Positions 10,447 through 20,988 are shown, counted from the first letter of the stretch. The stretch is 64,000 nucleotides of DNA from an uncultured Gammaproteobacteria bacterium (GCA_963747995.1 CAVVHD010000005.1:1699-65698); one strand, 5' to 3'. Numbers and translations are program-made. Notes: a model not told the origin generated them from the letters alone.

Positions 10447-11701
10447 CCTGACACCGTTCGGGACGCAGCGGCGGCGCCTGCTGCTCGCGGGGAGCATCGC
10501 TGCCGGCGGGCTGCTCACGGGTTGCGACCTGTCATTGCGCGACGGCGTGTTCAATGACTGCCTGGCCGAACTGCCGCAGGACCTGCGCGAGCATCCGCTT
10601 GTCACCAGCTGCATGGAACGGGCTCGACGCTAGCAAAGTCTGGGATACGCACTGCCACATATTTGGCAACGGCGACTCCGGCAGCGGCCTGTGGTTCAAC
10701 CCGCAGATGGAGCAGATCTGGCGGCCGCTCGGCTATCTGCAGCGTGAGTTCTACATCAATGCGTCCTGCACCGACGAGTCACCGGGCAGGGCCGACAGGA
10801 GTTTCGTCGCGCGCCTGCTGGCGCAGTGCCGCGGCATGGCGCCCGGTTTTCATGTGCTACTGTTTGCGTTTCGATTGGGCGCGCGATGATGCCGGGGCGC
10901 CGCTGAGGGAGCATTCCACGTTTTATGTGCCCGACGACTATGCGGCCGGTCTGGCCGCCAGCCATCCCGAGCATTTTCAGTGGGTGGCGTCGATTCACCC
11001 TTACGACCCGCAGGCGCTGGAGCGCCTCGACGCCGCCGCAGCGCGCGGCGCGCGCGCGATCAAGTGGCTGCCATCGGCGCAGAATATTGACCCCGCCGAT
11101 GCGCGTTGTGACCGCTTTTACGCCAAACTCGCCGAGCTGGATATGCCGCTGATTGCGCATGCCGGCGATGAGCGTGCCGTGAATGGCTTTGGCGAGCACC
11201 TGGGCAACCCGTTGCGCCTGCGACGACCGCTGGACGCCGGGGTGCGGGTGGTGGTCGCGCACTGTGCCTCGCTGGGCAGTGGGCACAGCGATGTTAGCGG
11301 CGCAGCAGAACTCAGCAACTTCGCGCTGTTCGCGCAACTGATGGATGAGCAGCGCTATGAGGGCAAACTGTTCGGCGATATCTCGGCCATCACGCAATTC
11401 AACCGCATGGAAGTCATCGCGCCGCTGCTGGCGCGGCGCGACTGGCATGCGCGCCTGTTGAATGGTTCCGACTATCCACTGCCCGGCGTAGTGCCCCTGG
11501 TTTCCCTGCAGGGACTGGTCGATTTGCAGTTGCTGGATGCCGCAGCCGTCGAGCCGTTGAGCCGGCTGCGCGAGAGCAACGTCCTGCTGTTTGATTTCGT
11601 GCTCAAACGCAGTCTGCGCAAGGATGGCCAGGGCTTCGCGACGATCCGTATTCGAGACCGCGCCATTTTTCGCTCGACCAGCAGGATCAGCTTCACTATG
11701 A
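10442..11701 (+). pseudogene. Secreted metal-dependent amidohydrolase (Amidohydro_2-like), two to three frameshifts
   Basis: GTG 10442 opens a Tat/lipoprotein-like signal (TQRRRLLLAGSIAAGGLLTGC). A DTHCHIF metal motif follows in the next frame (10554 ORF), then ...KWLPSAQNIDP...LIAHAGDE...VVVAHCAS in the 10663 frame. Junctions lie near 10605 and 10870. There is no in-frame stop before the patatin ATG. An alternative frame ends in TGA at 11699-11701, overlapping that ATG. Confidence 0.65.
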
Positions 11702-12949
11702 CATTACTTCAATCGCGCATATGGGCACAGCGCAGCGCGTTGCTGTGCGTTTTATTGGTGCTTGCCGGCTGCGGCTCGCTGCCGCGCAATGGTGTACCGC
11801 CGGAATTGATGTCCGAGGCGACGCATTCCGGGCATGCCCAATGTGCGTGCGCCGGCGGGCATTCCCAGCCCGGTGATGACGGCCGATATGGCCGCATCCT
11901 TCGCACAGGAATCGCCGGAGGATTTTCCCGCGAATGCCGAGGGTATCGTGCTGTATCCGCACCTTGCCCTGTCAGGCGGTGGCGCCAATGGCGCATTCGG
12001 TGCCGGCTTCCTGAATGGCTGGTCCAGCACGGGACAGCGCCCGAAGTTCAAGGTGGTCACCGGCGTTTCCACCGGGGCCCTGATGGCGCCGTTCGCATTC
12101 CTGGGCCAGCCCGGGGATGCCGCACTGCACGAGTTCTATACCACCACGCCTCGCGCGACATTTTCGCACTGGGGGAATTCCTGGATATCGTCAGTCAGTT
12201 GCTGTTCGGCGAGGGTATCGCCGATACCAGCCCGCTGGTCAGTCTGCTTGAACGCCATGTCGATGAGGCGTTCCTGCAACAGGTAGCGCTGGCGCATAAC
12301 AGCGGGCGCCGCCTGTACATCGGTACCGTGGATCTCGATTCGCAGCGCTTCATCATCTGGAACATGGGGTTGATCGCCACCAGCGGCCATCCCGATGCCC
12401 TGCCACTCTTTCGCAAGGTGATGCTGGCGTCGGCGTCGATTCCCATCGCGTTTTCGCCGGTATTCTTCGACGTGGAGGCTGGCTGGCCACAACTATGACG
12501 AAATGCATGTCGATGGCGCCGTGGCCGCCAATGTATTCTATGGCGGGGGACTGTTCAGCTCCCGTGAACTGCGCCGCAATGCGGGACGAGAGACGGCGAT
12601 CGAGGATATCTACGTGATCCATAACGGCCAATTGACACCGAAGGTTGCGACTACGAGCCGCACGCTTCCAGGCATAGCGTGGCGCTCGTTCCAGGCGGCT
12701 GGCACGTCAGCTACGATCGGCGCTCTTACTCGTATCTACGCACAGTCGAAACGTGAAGGCTCTGAGTATCACTGGATCAACATTGCCGATGACGTGAACC
12801 TCACCAGCAACGAAACTTTCGACCCGGTGGCGATGCAGAGGCTGTACGATATTGGCTATCAGGCTGCCCTGGCCGGGCCGGTGTGGAACAGGGATCCACC
12901 CGGTGTTGGCGCCAAACCGGGCGTTGAGCCAGCCACCGACACGAAGTGA
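11698..12949 (+). pseudogene. Patatin-like phospholipase lipoprotein, three frameshifts
   Basis: Lipobox signal MTLLQSRIWAQRSALLCVLLVLAGCG. Patatin motifs are all present: LALSGGGANGAFGAGFL (GGGxxG), GVSTGAL (GxSxG) and EMHVDGAVAANV (catalytic Asp). The pieces lie in ORFs 10663..12498, 11834..12286 and 12503..12949, with junctions near 11825, 12150 and 12488. Confidence 0.8.
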
Positions 12950-12982
12950 ACAATTGCGCACAGACAAAGGACGGCCGAAGCA

Positions 12983-14052
12983 ATGCCACAAACAAGACAC
13001 ACTATTGCCCGGATGGCTGTCAAAACCATTGAGTTGGATTGGTGCAGGACTAGGCATTCCTTTTTCGCCTGGGACTTGTCGGCTGGGGCTACGCTGGCGA
13101 TTTACTGGTCAAACCTGCCCTGGCCTGGGCACGACTGGCACTGGCCGTGGTATTTTTGGTGTTTGGCATCTGGGCGCTGTGGTTCGGGCGCAAGCCGGTA
13201 TGCATTTGCGCGCTGGCATTCCTGGCGGTGCTCACGTGGTGGTGGTTGATTCCTCCCTCCGATGATCGTGATTGGCGTGAGGAAGTTGCGGTCAAGCCGC
13301 GGGTAGAGATCGATGGTGATCGCGTTCTCATCAGGAATGTGCGTAATTTTGATTTCCGCAGCAGGGATGATTTCACGGCACGCTATGAAGACCGCGAAGT
13401 ATTTCTCTCGCATTTGACCGGCGTGGATTTTTTCCTGTCCTTCTGGATGGAAGGGCCGGTGGGACATACCTGGGTGAGCTTCATTTTCGATAATGCGCCA
13501 CCGCTCAGCATTTCCATAGAGACCAGGCCGGAAATGGGTGAAGGCTTCGATCCGCTGGCATCCATGTTTAAACAGTTCGAGTTGATCTATGTGATCGGCG
13601 ACGAACATGACGTGGTCGGCTTGCGCACCAATCATCGTGATGAAGAGACGTTTCTGTATCACGTGGTGGCATCGCCGGAAGCTGCCCGGCGCCTGTTTCT
13701 TGTCTACCTTGAGCGGGTCAATGAACTCGCCGACAAGCCGGAGTGGTATAACCTGCTCAGTAACAACTGCACGCTGAATATTGTGCGCTATATGAACCGG
13801 GCGGGCAGGGAGGGCAGTTTCAGGCCGAGCCACCTGTTGAATGGCCTGTTCGATGGCTATCTCTACAATGCGGGCTTTCTCGACACGAGTATGCCGTTCG
13901 AGGAATTGCGCCAGCGCTCGCGCATCACCACAGTGGCGCAGGCCGCAGCCAATGCCGCGAATTTTTTCCAGCGTATTCGCGAGGGATTGCCAGCGTTGCC
14001 CGCAAGACCCGTGACAGCGGCGCCAGATGCGACCGCGCCGGCAAATAATTGA
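12983..14052 (+). pseudogene. DUF4105 (Lnb N-terminal domain-like) membrane protein, at least one frameshift near the 5' end
   Basis: ORF 13147..14052 carries a DUF4105-like core (REEVAVKPRVEIDGDRVLIRNVRNFDF..., SFWMEGPVGHTWVSFIF..., NNCTLNIVRYMN). The TM N-terminus (...ATLAIYWSNLPWP) is in the 12983 frame and joins near 13125-13130. The start codon is uncertain. Confidence 0.7.
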
Positions 14053-14184
14053 CGCGCAAGTGATGCCGTGAACTGTCGATTCTGGAAAGTGACAGTCAGT
14101 GCCCTGGAAAATCATTGCCTGAATATTGTCTTGCGATCTGTTGTTATTTATCGGTTTCGTATTATCTGAAAATTGTTACACTTC

Positions 14185-14213
14185 ATGGCGTTAGGTGCTA
14201 TTTTTAACGCCAT
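14185..14213 (+). other. 9-bp-stem hairpin (ATGGCGTTA / TAACGCCAT) between the DUF4105 and NlpC/P60 genes
   Basis: A perfect inverted repeat with an 11-nt loop is seen directly. There is no trailing T-run, so a terminator role is unproven. Confidence 0.3.
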
Positions 14214-14234
14214 TGATAAGGTGACAGTGAGTCA

Positions 14235-14742
14235 ATGAACAGGGCTTTTCGAAACGCAAGTTACTTCCTGATACTCAGCAGTGCGTTGTATTTGACCGGT
14301 TGTAGCAGCCAGTTACCGCAGAAAACAGCGACAACCCCGGCCGATAAATCCGTTAAAGCCAATGAAATTCTATTCAACGCGCTTGGACTGGTTGGCACCC
14401 CCTATCGTTACGGGGGTAGCACACCCGCCAGCGGCTTTGATTGCAGCGGACTCATCAGTTATGTGTATCGTGAGAGCGCCGATCTGGCATTGCCGCGTAC
14501 GGTCGCCGAAATGAGTAAGTCTCGATGCGCCGAATATTGCTGAAGATAATCTGCAGTCTGGAGATCTGGTGATTTTTGCCACCGATGGCACCAGTCGCCC
14601 CAGCCATGCGGGAATCTATGTCGGCGATGGCCGATTCGTACACGCGCCGAGTCGCGGCGGTGAGGTGCGTATGGATTTTCTCAGTGACAAATACTGGCAG
14701 CGCAGTTATCTGAATGCGAAGAGGCCTCTGGCCTGTCGCTAG
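14235..14742 (+). pseudogene. NlpC/P60 family peptidoglycan endopeptidase lipoprotein (MepS/Spr-like), one frameshift
   Basis: Lipobox LYLTGCSS and catalytic Cys in GFDCSGLISYVY lie in ORF 14235..14543. The rest (LQSGDLVIFATDGTSRPSHAGIYVGDGRFVHAPS...) continues in another frame to TAG 14740-14742. The junction lies near 14515-14525. Confidence 0.85.
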
Positions 14743-14926
14743 AAATGAAGGACCAGGCGCAGCCGACGCGGCGCACGTCGCTATCGTGAGCACGCACCGC
14801 TACCTGAGCTGATACGTATTTCTTGCTGTACTCCTCCAGCAGCTTCGACTGGAGCAGCGGCGTATTTCTCTGCAACGCAGGCTCCGGTTAGCGACATTGC
14901 CCCCTCGAGGGCGCCTTCGGATGATA

Positions 14927-16318
14927 TTAAGCAACAATTTTTTTGACGACTTCCGCAAGCACCTTTTTGGCATCGCCAAACACCATCATTGTCTTCGGAT
15001 TGTAGAAGAGCTCGTTTTCCACCCCCGCAAAACCCGACGCCATACTGCGCTTGATTATCACCACGGTACGCGCCCGATCTACTTCCAGGATCGGCATCCC
15101 GTAGATGGGTGAGTCCTTCGCGTTGCGTGCGGCCGGGTTCACGACGTCGTTGGCGCCAAGCACAATCGCCACGTCAGTCTCTGCCAGTAGTGGGTTAATC
15201 TCTTCGAGTTCGAGAAGCTTGTCGTAGGACACGTCCGCTTCAGCGAGCAGTACATTCATGTGGCCAGGCATACGACCAGCCACCGGATGGATCGCATAGA
15301 GTACTTCACAACCGCGCTCGGCAAGTGCTTCCTCCAGTTCCTTAACAACGTGTTGGGCCTGTGCAACGGCCATCCCGTAGCCGGGAGCAATCACCACGCT
15401 CTGCGCAGTCCCGAGCACGATCGCCAGATCTTCGGGCGAGAAAGCGTGCACAACACGTTCCTCACCGGAATGCGCTGAGCTTGACGGAGCGGAGACTGCA
15501 GAGCCAACACCGCCGAACAGTACGTTCAGGAACGAGCGATTCATCGACTTGCACATGATGAAAGCGAGGATGAGCCCGGACGATCCGTCGAGAGTTCCCG
15601 CGACGATGAGCAGTTTATTGTTAAGCACAAAGCCCAATGCCGCCGCAGATAATCCCGCATAGGCGTTCAGGATTGCGATTACAGTGGGCATGTCTGCGCC
15701 GCCGATACCCATCACCAGCAGAAATCCGAAGATGAGCGCAAATACCGTAATAACCGGAATCAGTATGGAGAGCGTCGGATTGAGCACGAGCGCAACAGCC
15801 AGCGCGACGCAGATGACGAACACGCCCACACTGACGAAATTGCGCCCCGGGTAGATCAGTGGCCGCCCGGAGATCATCTCCTGCAGCTTCATAAACGCTA
15901 TCACCGAGCCCATGAAAGTGAGAAAACCAAGTATTATCTCGGTCGCCAGCACGCCGGTGGTGAATGCGCCGAGTGACTCCTCGGCGCGCGGTAGCCGCTG
16001 GTAATACTCCGCCATACCGATCAGCGCAACAGCGAAGGAGCCGAAGGCATGCGACATTGCAGTACGCTGTGGTACCGCTGTCATCGGCAATTTCAACGCG
16101 ATGGGCGCGCCAATCAACGTGCCCACAACGAGCGCGCCAAGCAGCAGGTCGTAGCGTTGGATCTGGTAGGCCATCAGCGTTGTGCCGATGGCGACTGCCA
16201 TGCCGAGCACGCCAGCCAGGTTGCCCCAGCGTGACGTTTTCACATCGCTCATCCACTTGAGCGAAAATATGAATAGAACGGCCGAAAGAACGTAGAGATA
16301 CAGTGCGAACGTCGGCAT
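14927..16318 (-). CDS. pntB: NAD(P) transhydrogenase subunit beta
   Basis: Intact 463-aa ORF with a membrane N-terminal half. The C-terminal dIII NADP(H) domain shows GYGMAVAQAQH..., HPVAGRMPGHMNVLLAEA and VIGANDVVNP-type motifs. Its ATG overlaps the upstream stop (ATGA). Confidence 0.95.
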   Translation of the reverse strand: MPTFALYLYVLSAVLFIFSLKWMSDVKTSRWGNLAGVLGMAVAIGTTLMAYQIQRYDLLLGALVVGTLIGAPIALKLPMTAVPQRTAMSHAFGSFAVALIGMAEYYQRLPRAEESLGAFTTGVLATEIILGFLTFMGSVIAFMKLQEMISGRPLIYPGRNFVSVGVFVICVALAVALVLNPTLSILIPVITVFALIFGFLLVMGIGGADMPTVIAILNAYAGLSAAALGFVLNNKLLIVAGTLDGSSGLILAFIMCKSMNRSFLNVLFGGVGSAVSAPSSSAHSGEERVVHAFSPEDLAIVLGTAQSVVIAPGYGMAVAQAQHVVKELEEALAERGCEVLYAIHPVAGRMPGHMNVLLAEADVSYDKLLELEEINPLLAETDVAIVLGANDVVNPAARNAKDSPIYGMPILEVDRARTVVIIKRSMASGFAGVENELFYNPKTMMVFGDAKKVLAEVVKKIVA

Positions 16319-16713
16319 CAGCGGCTACCCTTGCGGAACATTTTCAGGATTCGCTCGGTAATCATGAAGCCACTTATCGTGTTGCTGAGTGCCAGTGCGG
16401 TACCGACCGTGGCAAGGGCGATGACCAATGGCGGATTGTTCGGATAGGACAGGACAATGAGGGCCGCCACCACGGATACCGATGAGATCGCATTGGTCAA
16501 GGCCATGAGCGGGGTGTGCAGCAGCTTCGCCACACCGTGGATGAGTCCGAGCCCGAGGAAGGTAGAGAGTATGAAGATCAACAAATTGACGGCGATGTCT
16601 TCGGCAGTAACGTTGACATGTAGCGGCGCGGCATCCGCCTGTGCGCCAAAGCTGGCGGCACCGACCACCCAGCCAATGCATACCCTGGTACCCATGTTCA
16701 AACGGGACTGCAC
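16318..16713 (-). CDS. pntA: NAD(P) transhydrogenase alpha subunit, C-terminal membrane part (PntAB-type split alpha)
   Basis: Contains ...LLIFILSTFLGLGLIHGVAKLLHTPLMALTNAISSVSVVAAL.... The stop overlaps the pntB start. I prefer the GTG at 16713 because AAGGAGG lies 5 nt upstream; the track ORF extends to 16800. Confidence 0.8.
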   Translation of the reverse strand: MQSRLNMGTRVCIGWVVGAASFGAQADAAPLHVNVTAEDIAVNLLIFILSTFLGLGLIHGVAKLLHTPLMALTNAISSVSVVAALIVLSYPNNPPLVIALATVGTALALSNTISGFMITERILKMFRKGSR

Positions 16714-17209
16714 GATTCCTCCTTGTTGGCGGCACGCGCTCGCCTGGATCACACGAAGAGCCGGGGCCGACCGCCGAGTCGGTGTATGTCTGGATTGCAT
16801 TCAGATGTTTTCTATAAAATATAAACTTTTTAAATCAAACACTTGTGTATCCCTTTTCAACTAATTATTAATACCAAAATGAGATATCCGGGTGCCTTCG
16901 AAGCGGCCAACACCCGTTCCCGGAGGCTTTGCGACGCTGTTCGATGCTGGCACTGGGGCTGAGCGTACGCAGGGTTCGGGCTCTCGTATCATTTTTGTTC
17001 TGGTGGTCGTCGCTCTGCTTAATTTGGGGCAAAGTCTGTACCGCAGGTGAGCATGTAACAATGACAACCCACTACAAACAAATGTACCGTAAATTACACC
17101 CGACTGCACGCTGCCGGCGCGAGCGATACTGTGAAACCGACGAAATGGACCCGGAAGTCGGTTAAAAGGGGGATAAGCCTGTATCGGAACTTTTTTTACA
17201 AGGGACGTT

Positions 17210-18475
17210 ATGAAGTCGCACAACAAACTGTTATTGGCATTGGTTTCGGGACTGGTATTGGGCACGGTCTTGCATGCGGCTGGCGCCGGTGAGGCGGTGC
17301 ATTTCTTGTCCCAAAATATACTTGAACCTTTTGGTCAGCTTTTTTTGCGCCTGATTTTTATGACCGTGGTGCCGCTGGTGTTTTGCGGTCTGGTGTTGGG
17401 GGTCTACCAGTTGGGTCAGCACCACGGTTTGGGCCGTACCGTGAGCCGCACGTTGTTTTTCACCCTTTTGACCAGCACCCTTTCAGTCATTATCGGGCTT
17501 TCGTTAGTAAATTTCATACGTCCCGGAGCCGGGCTGAGCCTTCCCCAGGAAGTTTTAAATACCCAAACCGCCCAGGTTGAAAAAATCAAACTAAACGCCC
17601 AGTCAGCCAAAACGGTGACGCAAACATTACTGGATATCGTTCCTAAAAACCCTGTTCAGGCGGCGGCTCAAGCGCTTGAAGGCGAGATGCTCGCACTGAT
17701 GTTTTTTGCGCTGGTTTTTGGATTTGCATTAAGTCGTGTCGTCAAAACGGGCGGGCATAACTCTGCTATTTCGGTGATGGAAACAATCTACAGTGCCACG
17801 ATGGAGATTGTGCATCTGGTGATGCGTTTAGCGCCGTACGCTGTTTTTGCGCTGGTCTTTTCCACGACGTTCAAATTTGGCTGGGAACTGGTCCGGTCAT
17901 TGTCCATGTACGTGTTGGTGGTAGTGGTGGGATTGGCGCTGCAGCAGTTTGTGGTGTACTCGACATTGCTAAAAATGTTTGCAGGCCGATCGCCGAAGCA
18001 GTTTTTCAAAGATTGTTCCGATGTTCTGATCTATGCATTCGCCACGGCGTCGTCCAACGCCACCTTGCCCAAGTCCCTGGAGACTGCCACTGAAAAATTG
18101 AAACTATCGCCAGAGACCTCGCGCTTTGTGTTGACCGTTGGTGCGACGGCCAACCAAAATGGCACGGCACTTTTTGAAGGTGTAACGGTTATTTTTTTGG
18201 CCCAGGTTTATGGCATCGATTTGACGCTCTCCCAGCAATTTCTGATCGTTATGATGGCCATCCTGGCGGGCGTTGGAACCGCCGGAGTGCCTGGGGGATC
18301 CTTGCCGTTGATCATGATTTTGCTGCAGCAGGTCGGTATTCCGCCGGAAGGACTTGGCCTGGTGTTAGGCGTCGACAGATTCCTGGACATGTGTCGGACA
18401 ACGGTGAACGTCAGCGGGGACCTGGTGATCGCAGCACTTGTCGATGACACAAAGATGCAAAAAGTATCTGTTTAG
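17210..18475 (+). CDS. Dicarboxylate/amino acid:cation symporter (DAACS family)
   Basis: Intact 421-aa ORF with DAACS signatures (FATASSNATLP, GATANQNGTALFEG, VDRFLDMCRTTVNVSGD). Confidence 0.9.
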   Translation: MKSHNKLLLALVSGLVLGTVLHAAGAGEAVHFLSQNILEPFGQLFLRLIFMTVVPLVFCGLVLGVYQLGQHHGLGRTVSRTLFFTLLTSTLSVIIGLSLVNFIRPGAGLSLPQEVLNTQTAQVEKIKLNAQSAKTVTQTLLDIVPKNPVQAAAQALEGEMLALMFFALVFGFALSRVVKTGGHNSAISVMETIYSATMEIVHLVMRLAPYAVFALVFSTTFKFGWELVRSLSMYVLVVVVGLALQQFVVYSTLLKMFAGRSPKQFFKDCSDVLIYAFATASSNATLPKSLETATEKLKLSPETSRFVLTVGATANQNGTALFEGVTVIFLAQVYGIDLTLSQQFLIVMMAILAGVGTAGVPGGSLPLIMILLQQVGIPPEGLGLVLGVDRFLDMCRTTVNVSGDLVIAALVDDTKMQKVSV

Positions 18476-18522
18476 TTATAACGCGCGCTATTCCCAAATT
18501 TTTGGTGAAGAGTAAATTTGCA

Positions 18523-18729
18523 TCAACAAGGACAACGTTTTATCTCTCCATCCCGGGTGGGATAACGCGCGGTCTGACAGTAGTGAAAATAGTCAGAACG
18601 GGTCATTGGCTTATGATCAGGATGGTGTTGACGAACATGTTGAAGATACCCATCGTAGTCTCCTACGCCAACCATCAAGCGCAGCGTTTGAGCAGTTCGC
18701 ACGAACACCCTCCTCAATAAATCGTGCAT
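18523..18729 (-). CDS. YbdD/YjiX family small protein (DUF466), CstA-associated
   Basis: 68-aa ORF with ...GDYDGYLQHVRQHHPDHKPMTRSDYF... and a C-terminal Cys pair. It lies immediately downstream of cstA; its start codon shares one nt with the cstA stop. Confidence 0.85.
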   Translation of the reverse strand: MHDLLRRVFVRTAQTLRLMVGVGDYDGYLQHVRQHHPDHKPMTRSDYFHYCQTARYPTRDGEIKRCPC

Positions 18730-20795
18730 TACACGAACTCCTGCTGGCGCCAGACTATCGGCGTTTCGCTGATAGAGATTTCAGATTGGTTATGCGCATG
18801 CAACGCGGCGCGTAAGGCAAAAAACACCATTGTGACGACGACAGTGACAAAAAAGCCGGCCATCACTGCATCAATATAATCGTTAACTACGACTTGCTGC
18901 ATTTGCGCCATGCTCGTGGTCGGTGGAAGAATCTGATTACGACCTATCGCATCCGCAAATCGGTTTGCATGTGATAAGAAGCCAATTTTAACATCAGTGG
19001 AAAATATCTTTTGCCAACCTGCATACAAAGTGACCAATAGAATCCAGGTGGCCGGTAGCGCAGTGACCCATATATACCGAATTTTTTTCATTCGCACCAG
19101 AATCACAGTAGCCAACATTAGCGCCATACCCGCCAGCATCTGATTGGCGATGCCAAATAAAGCCCACAGACTGTTAATGCCACCAAAAGGATCAGTTACG
19201 CCTTGATACAAGAACCATCCCCAACCGCTTACGGCCAATGTGGTGGCAATAAGATTCGCAGTCCACGAGCGTGTGTTGCCCATAATGGGGAGCGCGGTGC
19301 CCAGGAGATCCTGAATCAAAAATCGGCAGACCCGAGTGCCCGCATCCAGAGTGGTTAAAATAAATAGTGCTTCAAATAGTATCGCGAAGTGATACCAGAA
19401 CGCCATTAGCGCCTGGCCACCAAGGACATCCGATAAAATTTTGGCCATACCCACAGCAAAGGTCGGGGCACCACCGGTGCGCGACAATATCGACGACTCG
19501 CCCACATCTTTCGCCATTTGTGTGAGGATTTCAGGAGTAATGACAAAACCCCATGATGAAATCACCCGGGAGGCTTCTTCAACGGTGCTGCCAATTACGG
19601 CAACCGGACTGTTCAGGGCGAAGTACACGCCTGGCTCAAGCACACATGCGGCTATCAACGCCATAATGGCTACGAACGATTCCATCAACATGGCGCCGTA
19701 ACCAATAGCTGGAATATGTGACTCGCGTTCGAGCATCTTGGGCGTAGTGCCGGATGACACCAATGCGTGAAAACCACTCACCGAACCGCAGGCAATGGTG
19801 ATAAATAGAAATGGAAACAGGGAGCCGGCAAACACCGGCCCGCTGCCATCAATGAATTGAGTAACCGCCAACATTTTTAATGGCGGCGCGACAATCAGAA
19901 TTGCCACTGCGAGCGTAAGAATCGTCCCAATTTTCAAAAACGTCGACAGGTAATCACGCGGGGCGAGTAATAACCAGACCGGCAACACGGAGGCAATGAA
20001 GCCATAACCAATTAGACCCAGCGCCAACGTTGCTGGCTGCAACGATAATAGCGCACCCCAATAAGGGTCCTGCGCAACCTCGTTGCCGAAGAACAGCGCC
20101 AGCATCAGCAACACCAAACCGATTAGCGAGACTTCAATCACACGTGCGGGACGCACCCAGCGCGAGTAACTGCCCATGAATAACGCGATCGGTACCGTTG
20201 CCAACAACGTAAACAATCCCCATGCGCTGCCTGCCAGGGCCTTTACGACCACCATGCCCAGGACGGCGAGCAAAATCACGATAATCGCGAGAATCCCGGT
20301 CATGCCAATCAAGCCAGCGGTGTTGCCCATTTCCAGTCGCATCATTTCACCGAGAGAGCGACCATCACGGCGCGTGGACGCAAATAGAATCATGGCATCC
20401 TGCACGGCACCCGCTAACACCACGCCAAATAAAATCCACAATGTTCCGGGCAAATACCCCATTTGCGCTGCCAGGACAGGCCCTACCAGGGGGCCCGCCC
20501 CGGCTATGGCGGCAAAATGATGACCAAATAACACCCATTTATGCGTGGGTACATAATCCAGTCCATCATTATGTCGCTCGGCCGGCGTTAACCTGCGGTC
20601 ATCGAGCTGCATGATTTTTATGGCGATGAACCGCGCATAAAAACGGTATGCAATCGTATAGATAGCCACTGCAGCAATAACCAGCCACAAGGCACTTACC
20701 GGCTCACCGCGTGCCAGTGCCAGCTTGGCAAAGGCGATAACGGCTAGCAGGACAACAGCTCCCCACAGTGCACATTGTCGTAGTGTTTTTGGCAT
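18729..20795 (-). CDS. cstA: Carbon starvation protein A (peptide/pyruvate transporter family)
   Basis: Intact 688-aa polytopic ORF. The N-terminus (...YRFYARFIAIKIMQLDDRRLTPAERHNDGLDYVPTHKWVLFGHHFAAIAGAGPLVGPVLAAQ) is typical of CstA. Confidence 0.95.
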   Translation of the reverse strand: MPKTLRQCALWGAVVLLAVIAFAKLALARGEPVSALWLVIAAVAIYTIAYRFYARFIAIKIMQLDDRRLTPAERHNDGLDYVPTHKWVLFGHHFAAIAGAGPLVGPVLAAQMGYLPGTLWILFGVVLAGAVQDAMILFASTRRDGRSLGEMMRLEMGNTAGLIGMTGILAIIVILLAVLGMVVVKALAGSAWGLFTLLATVPIALFMGSYSRWVRPARVIEVSLIGLVLLMLALFFGNEVAQDPYWGALLSLQPATLALGLIGYGFIASVLPVWLLLAPRDYLSTFLKIGTILTLAVAILIVAPPLKMLAVTQFIDGSGPVFAGSLFPFLFITIACGSVSGFHALVSSGTTPKMLERESHIPAIGYGAMLMESFVAIMALIAACVLEPGVYFALNSPVAVIGSTVEEASRVISSWGFVITPEILTQMAKDVGESSILSRTGGAPTFAVGMAKILSDVLGGQALMAFWYHFAILFEALFILTTLDAGTRVCRFLIQDLLGTALPIMGNTRSWTANLIATTLAVSGWGWFLYQGVTDPFGGINSLWALFGIANQMLAGMALMLATVILVRMKKIRYIWVTALPATWILLVTLYAGWQKIFSTDVKIGFLSHANRFADAIGRNQILPPTTSMAQMQQVVVNDYIDAVMAGFFVTVVVTMVFFALRAALHAHNQSEISISETPIVWRQQEFV

Positions 20796-20988
20796 CTATA
20801 AAAAACCGAAATACAGCCCACAAGAGCGCCAACTTTAGCGCATACACAAAAATTAGGGCAGTAGTAATTGTCTGTAGCATTGAGTCGGCTCACCGCGAAC
20901 GTTATGCTGGTGGCCGCACACAGGCAGTCGTGCGTTAGCCAGTTCGCCGGGATGAGCGCGCAGCCCTCCGGCGACAGATTACTGATAC

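Noticed and set aside
10663-12498. 611-aa ORF that would be an amidohydrolase-patatin fusion protein
   Set aside because: Its N-terminal ~70 aa and the stretch from about 11830 to 12150 are out-of-frame readings. The real motifs (DTHCH, GGGxxG, GxSxG) lie in other frames. A lipoprotein signal peptide (MTLLQ...LAGC) sits in the middle, marking a separate gene start. The continuous ORF is an artefact of frameshifts plus high G+C.
16801-17265. 134-aa minus-strand ORF 16861..17265, and a possible riboswitch in the long leader of the DAACS transporter gene
   Set aside because: The ORF has no RBS, an odd composition, and overlaps the start of the DAACS gene. I could not recognise glycine, glutamine or other amino-acid riboswitch cores. 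The region is treated as a divergent promoter region.
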